A stretch of 64,000 nt of DNA from Sarea resinae (lineage: Eukaryota), in assembly GCA_026026165.1 (NCBI GenBank), contig JAPEUD010000006.1, positions 248,001 to 312,000 on the forward strand, given 5' to 3'. A model generated the notes under the pieces. It was not told the DNA's origin, ran no database searches, and saw only the letters and a list, made by a program, of their open reading frames with translations. Made by a program: the position numbers and the translations under genes. Shown here one piece after another: positions 61,401 to 64,000 of this stretch; the first letter of the stretch is position 1, and each line of letters begins with the position of its first letter.

Positions 61401-63228
61401 GCACCACCTGCTCGTGGCCTGAAGGCATTGTAAGCCGTAGCAGCTTTTCGAAAAGCGTTCGCAATGTCTTTGTTAGACTTCTTTTTGATCATTGGACCAA
61501 GGCCAGGCCGGTGGACCTCTTCGTCTTTGGGCTCGGCAGGTGGCTCGGGCGGCGGAGGCACCGTTGTAGCTGTGGAGGTTGCAGTAGTAGATGTGGTGGC
61601 GGTAGATGTGACTCTATCACTGGGAACAGAAGTCGTCGAAGCTGTCTCAGCTATCGGGGTCTCTACCCGCGTCGCGGGGCTGTTGAGCTTCTCCACATTT
61701 CTGGGCACCGGGAAGCTATCAATTGGCCTTGTCTCGACGTTTTCGTCCGGCCCAGCGCGATTTATATCGGTAACAACTCTCAGGCCAGATCTACTTCCAG
61801 GCGCTCGCTCGTCAGGACTACCAAGGGGAGTCGAAAACTCGTCATTGGACTCGGCACCGAGGCTGCGCTGTCCGGAACTATGAACGGGGCCAGCCATAGG
61901 CGGTCTTATCCTTTCCGGGGGCTGGTCATGATTCGAACCCCGAGATGGAGGGGTAGCGGCACCGCGAGTAGGAGGGCGTTGTACAGCATCCGGGGTCTGT
62001 GGCCTTCGTCCTGTAGGTGCCATGCCCTTGAGGTCAGGTCTCATTACACCATTGGGAGTCAACCTTCCAGTCTCGGAGCTCGGCATCTGCCTCGCCCCAC
62101 TAGGATGCGAGAGTTCCTGAACAGATTCAGAGCTCTGCTTCTCAGGTGCTCTCCTGAATCTTGTCGGGCTGGGCGAAGATGCAAACCCCGGACGAGGAGC
62201 TGGTTCAACGGTTCTCAGCTGTGACTGCGGGGAATCGGCGCGAGAAATTTGTATCGATTCCGGGGCTGGAAATCGTGGGGGCTGATCGCGGCTTCCAGGT
62301 CTTGGGGAAAAACGCTCCTCAGATGCTTGTGGTCTCAAGTCTCGATGCGGACTCCTCGACTGTTGCACTCGCGGTGGTCGACTGGTTGAGATTGGCGGAG
62401 CGCGTGGTCTCGGTGGATCAGGTGTTCCATTGGGTCTCGCAGCTTGTCCTGGTTGGCCTCCTAACGCTTCAAGCTCTCGAGGTCCGAACCCGATCAGCTG
62501 TGGTAGTTTGCCCCCAGTATACTTCTTGTAAATCTTGACCAAGCTCGTGATAAAGAATTCGGCTTCTTTCGGAGTGCCTGCCTGCCAATAATAAGGTTTA
62601 ATTATGGTAACGACGAATCCTAAGCTACCAGCCCATTGCTTGTGCCGCTCCTCTTCTGGATTCGTTGGCGTTACTCCCGCAAAGGTCTCTATGCAGGACA
62701 AGTCTTCTAGGCCCCATGTCTTCCCAATCGAAAAGGAGCCATTCGCGTTCTCTCTTGCCTTATGCATACGCACTCGACCCGACTTCCTGACCGCCACGAT
62801 GATCAGGCGTGGCTTCTTATTCTCAGGCGGAGAGTCAGGAGGGGCGGGCGTCGACGGGTAGCCAGCATCTTCGTGGATGCGGATGTGCGTGATATAAGAC
62901 TCCAGAGCTAGCCAAACAACCAGTCAGCACCTGGATAACAGATTTTGTAGTTCCCATCTGCTCAATCATCTCTGAACGGTGGCTCCGCAACGGCGGTCTC
63001 CACCAGGGAAAGGGAGGGCGCAAAGCGAAGAGAGTACATACGCGAGCCATCCGTATCTTCCTTCGAGAAACAGCTTGCAATGATCCTCCGCTTCTCGTCC
63101 TCGAACCTCTCGGCCTTGTTCATGCCATTTGATCGACTTGATGCGCTCCGTTGATCATTGACCGGCCGTCCGCCCTCATGGGGTGGCATGCGCTGACGCG
63201 GAGGCGGAGGAATGTCGCCCCCGTTCAT
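58492..63228 (-). CDS. SEC3: Exocyst subunit Sec3, 5 exons
   Basis: AERFEDEKRRIIASCF, ESYITHIRIHED, VRKSGRVRMHKARENANGSFSIGKTW (PIP2-binding PH-like domain), IAFIEAQSQGLQVQTANQKLL, EQIRAIEDTKVKIKKRKGV, EDKEALNYHILLIENM. Stop at 58492. Confidence 0.95.
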
Positions 63229-63976
63229 ACTGCAGGCCTCCTGGTGCTCCGGTCAGGACATGAAGGGTGTCGAGATGTCAATTCTCTATGCCGAGGTGTC
63301 CCAGCTCCAAGCCGACATGAAACGATTGGTGGCCAAGGCAGCAGTCCGAAGCACTGAATTGACAGATGAGATGGAAAGGGCAGATCAACTGGTGATGTGT
63401 AGTCTAATCTGTCATGCGAGTTGGATCAAGGTGATGCACCATCGATGCTGCGGTCAACCGAGCTGCGGCTTTTCGACGTGATAGGAACTGACCCTCGAGA
63501 GTTAAGCAAAGGTTGCCAGCTAGAGCCCTTTGCTCTGAGCAGTACGCAGTGGTGTTGAGTGATTATGATCGAAGAAGGAGTGAGACCCGGGGGACTTGAG
63601 ACTATCATCATCCCGCATCTCGCAGCAGCAGTGCCGTGTCTACCTCGGAGTACCTACCTGATACCTTGGGTACCTTACCTGACGCAGCAAGGTCGGCAGG
63701 TCGAGGCGTGCCTGATCCAAGTACCCGATACAAGTTTCCGACCTTCCTTTACTTCCATCAGTACGCCCACAGCGCTAACCCGGAAGAAGAAGTTTTCCAC
63801 TCGGTCGCAGCCACAACTTCTTTTTTTTGAATTTCGAACTTTTTCGGTGTTTCTATCACTCTTGCGTCCCGCGACGATTCAACCACGTTCGTCGTCCCTC
63901 TCTAATACGCTCGCAAACAGTTCGATACAACCTCATCAGAGCTCTTTTTCCGCCGAGCTTACCTCCAACTATCAAC

Positions 63977-64000
63977 ATGGCCAAGAAGAAGAGCAACACC
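63977..64000 (+). CDS. Probable start of a gene truncated by the window edge (MAKKKSNT...)
   Basis: Strong fungal start context atcaacATGG after a pyrimidine-rich leader, divergent from SEC3. Confidence 0.5.

Noticed and set aside
63330..63339. TGGCCAAGGC VosA-like motif upstream of SEC3
   Set aside because: A single 10-mer match is plausible by chance in 64 kb.

Overview
Eukaryotic DNA from a filamentous ascomycete (Pezizomycotina; the proteins look Eurotiomycete-like, which is my inference). Introns are short GT-AG type with CTRAC/CTRAY branch points. The window holds about 17 intron-reconstructed protein genes: GPI18/PIG-V, BLM10/PA200, NCS6/CTU1, a formin-GBD/FH3 'Rid1-like' protein, an arylamine N-acetyltransferase, complex I subunit NDUFA1/MWFE (only partly visible in the ORF track), a Sas3-type MYST acetyltransferase, the velvet regulator vosA, a beta-carbonic anhydrase, an aldo-keto reductase, a SAPS-family Sit4/PP6 regulatory subunit, VPS60, a PrnX-like cyclodeaminase, RPL8/eL8, an SMF/NRAMP transporter, an orphan protein and SEC3. 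Another gene appears to start at the right edge. Non-coding features are a ~1.5 kb AT-rich, RIP-like repeat island, a smaller AT-rich relic and a ~6.9 kb gene-free region upstream of vosA. The most notable observations are: (1) an obligatory 4-nt microexon in NDUFA1; (2) an apparent alternative-last-exon switch giving the SAPS protein either a 14-aa or a 411-aa C-terminus; (3) helically phased CCNNGG (velvet-type) sites upstream of vosA; (4) a dispersed intergenic GTATGAAGTAC/TACTCCGGAGTA motif family. I recognised no tRNA, rRNA, CRISPR array, intact transposon or biosynthetic cluster, and found no strong evidence for a novel multi-gene system. All splicing is inferred by eye.
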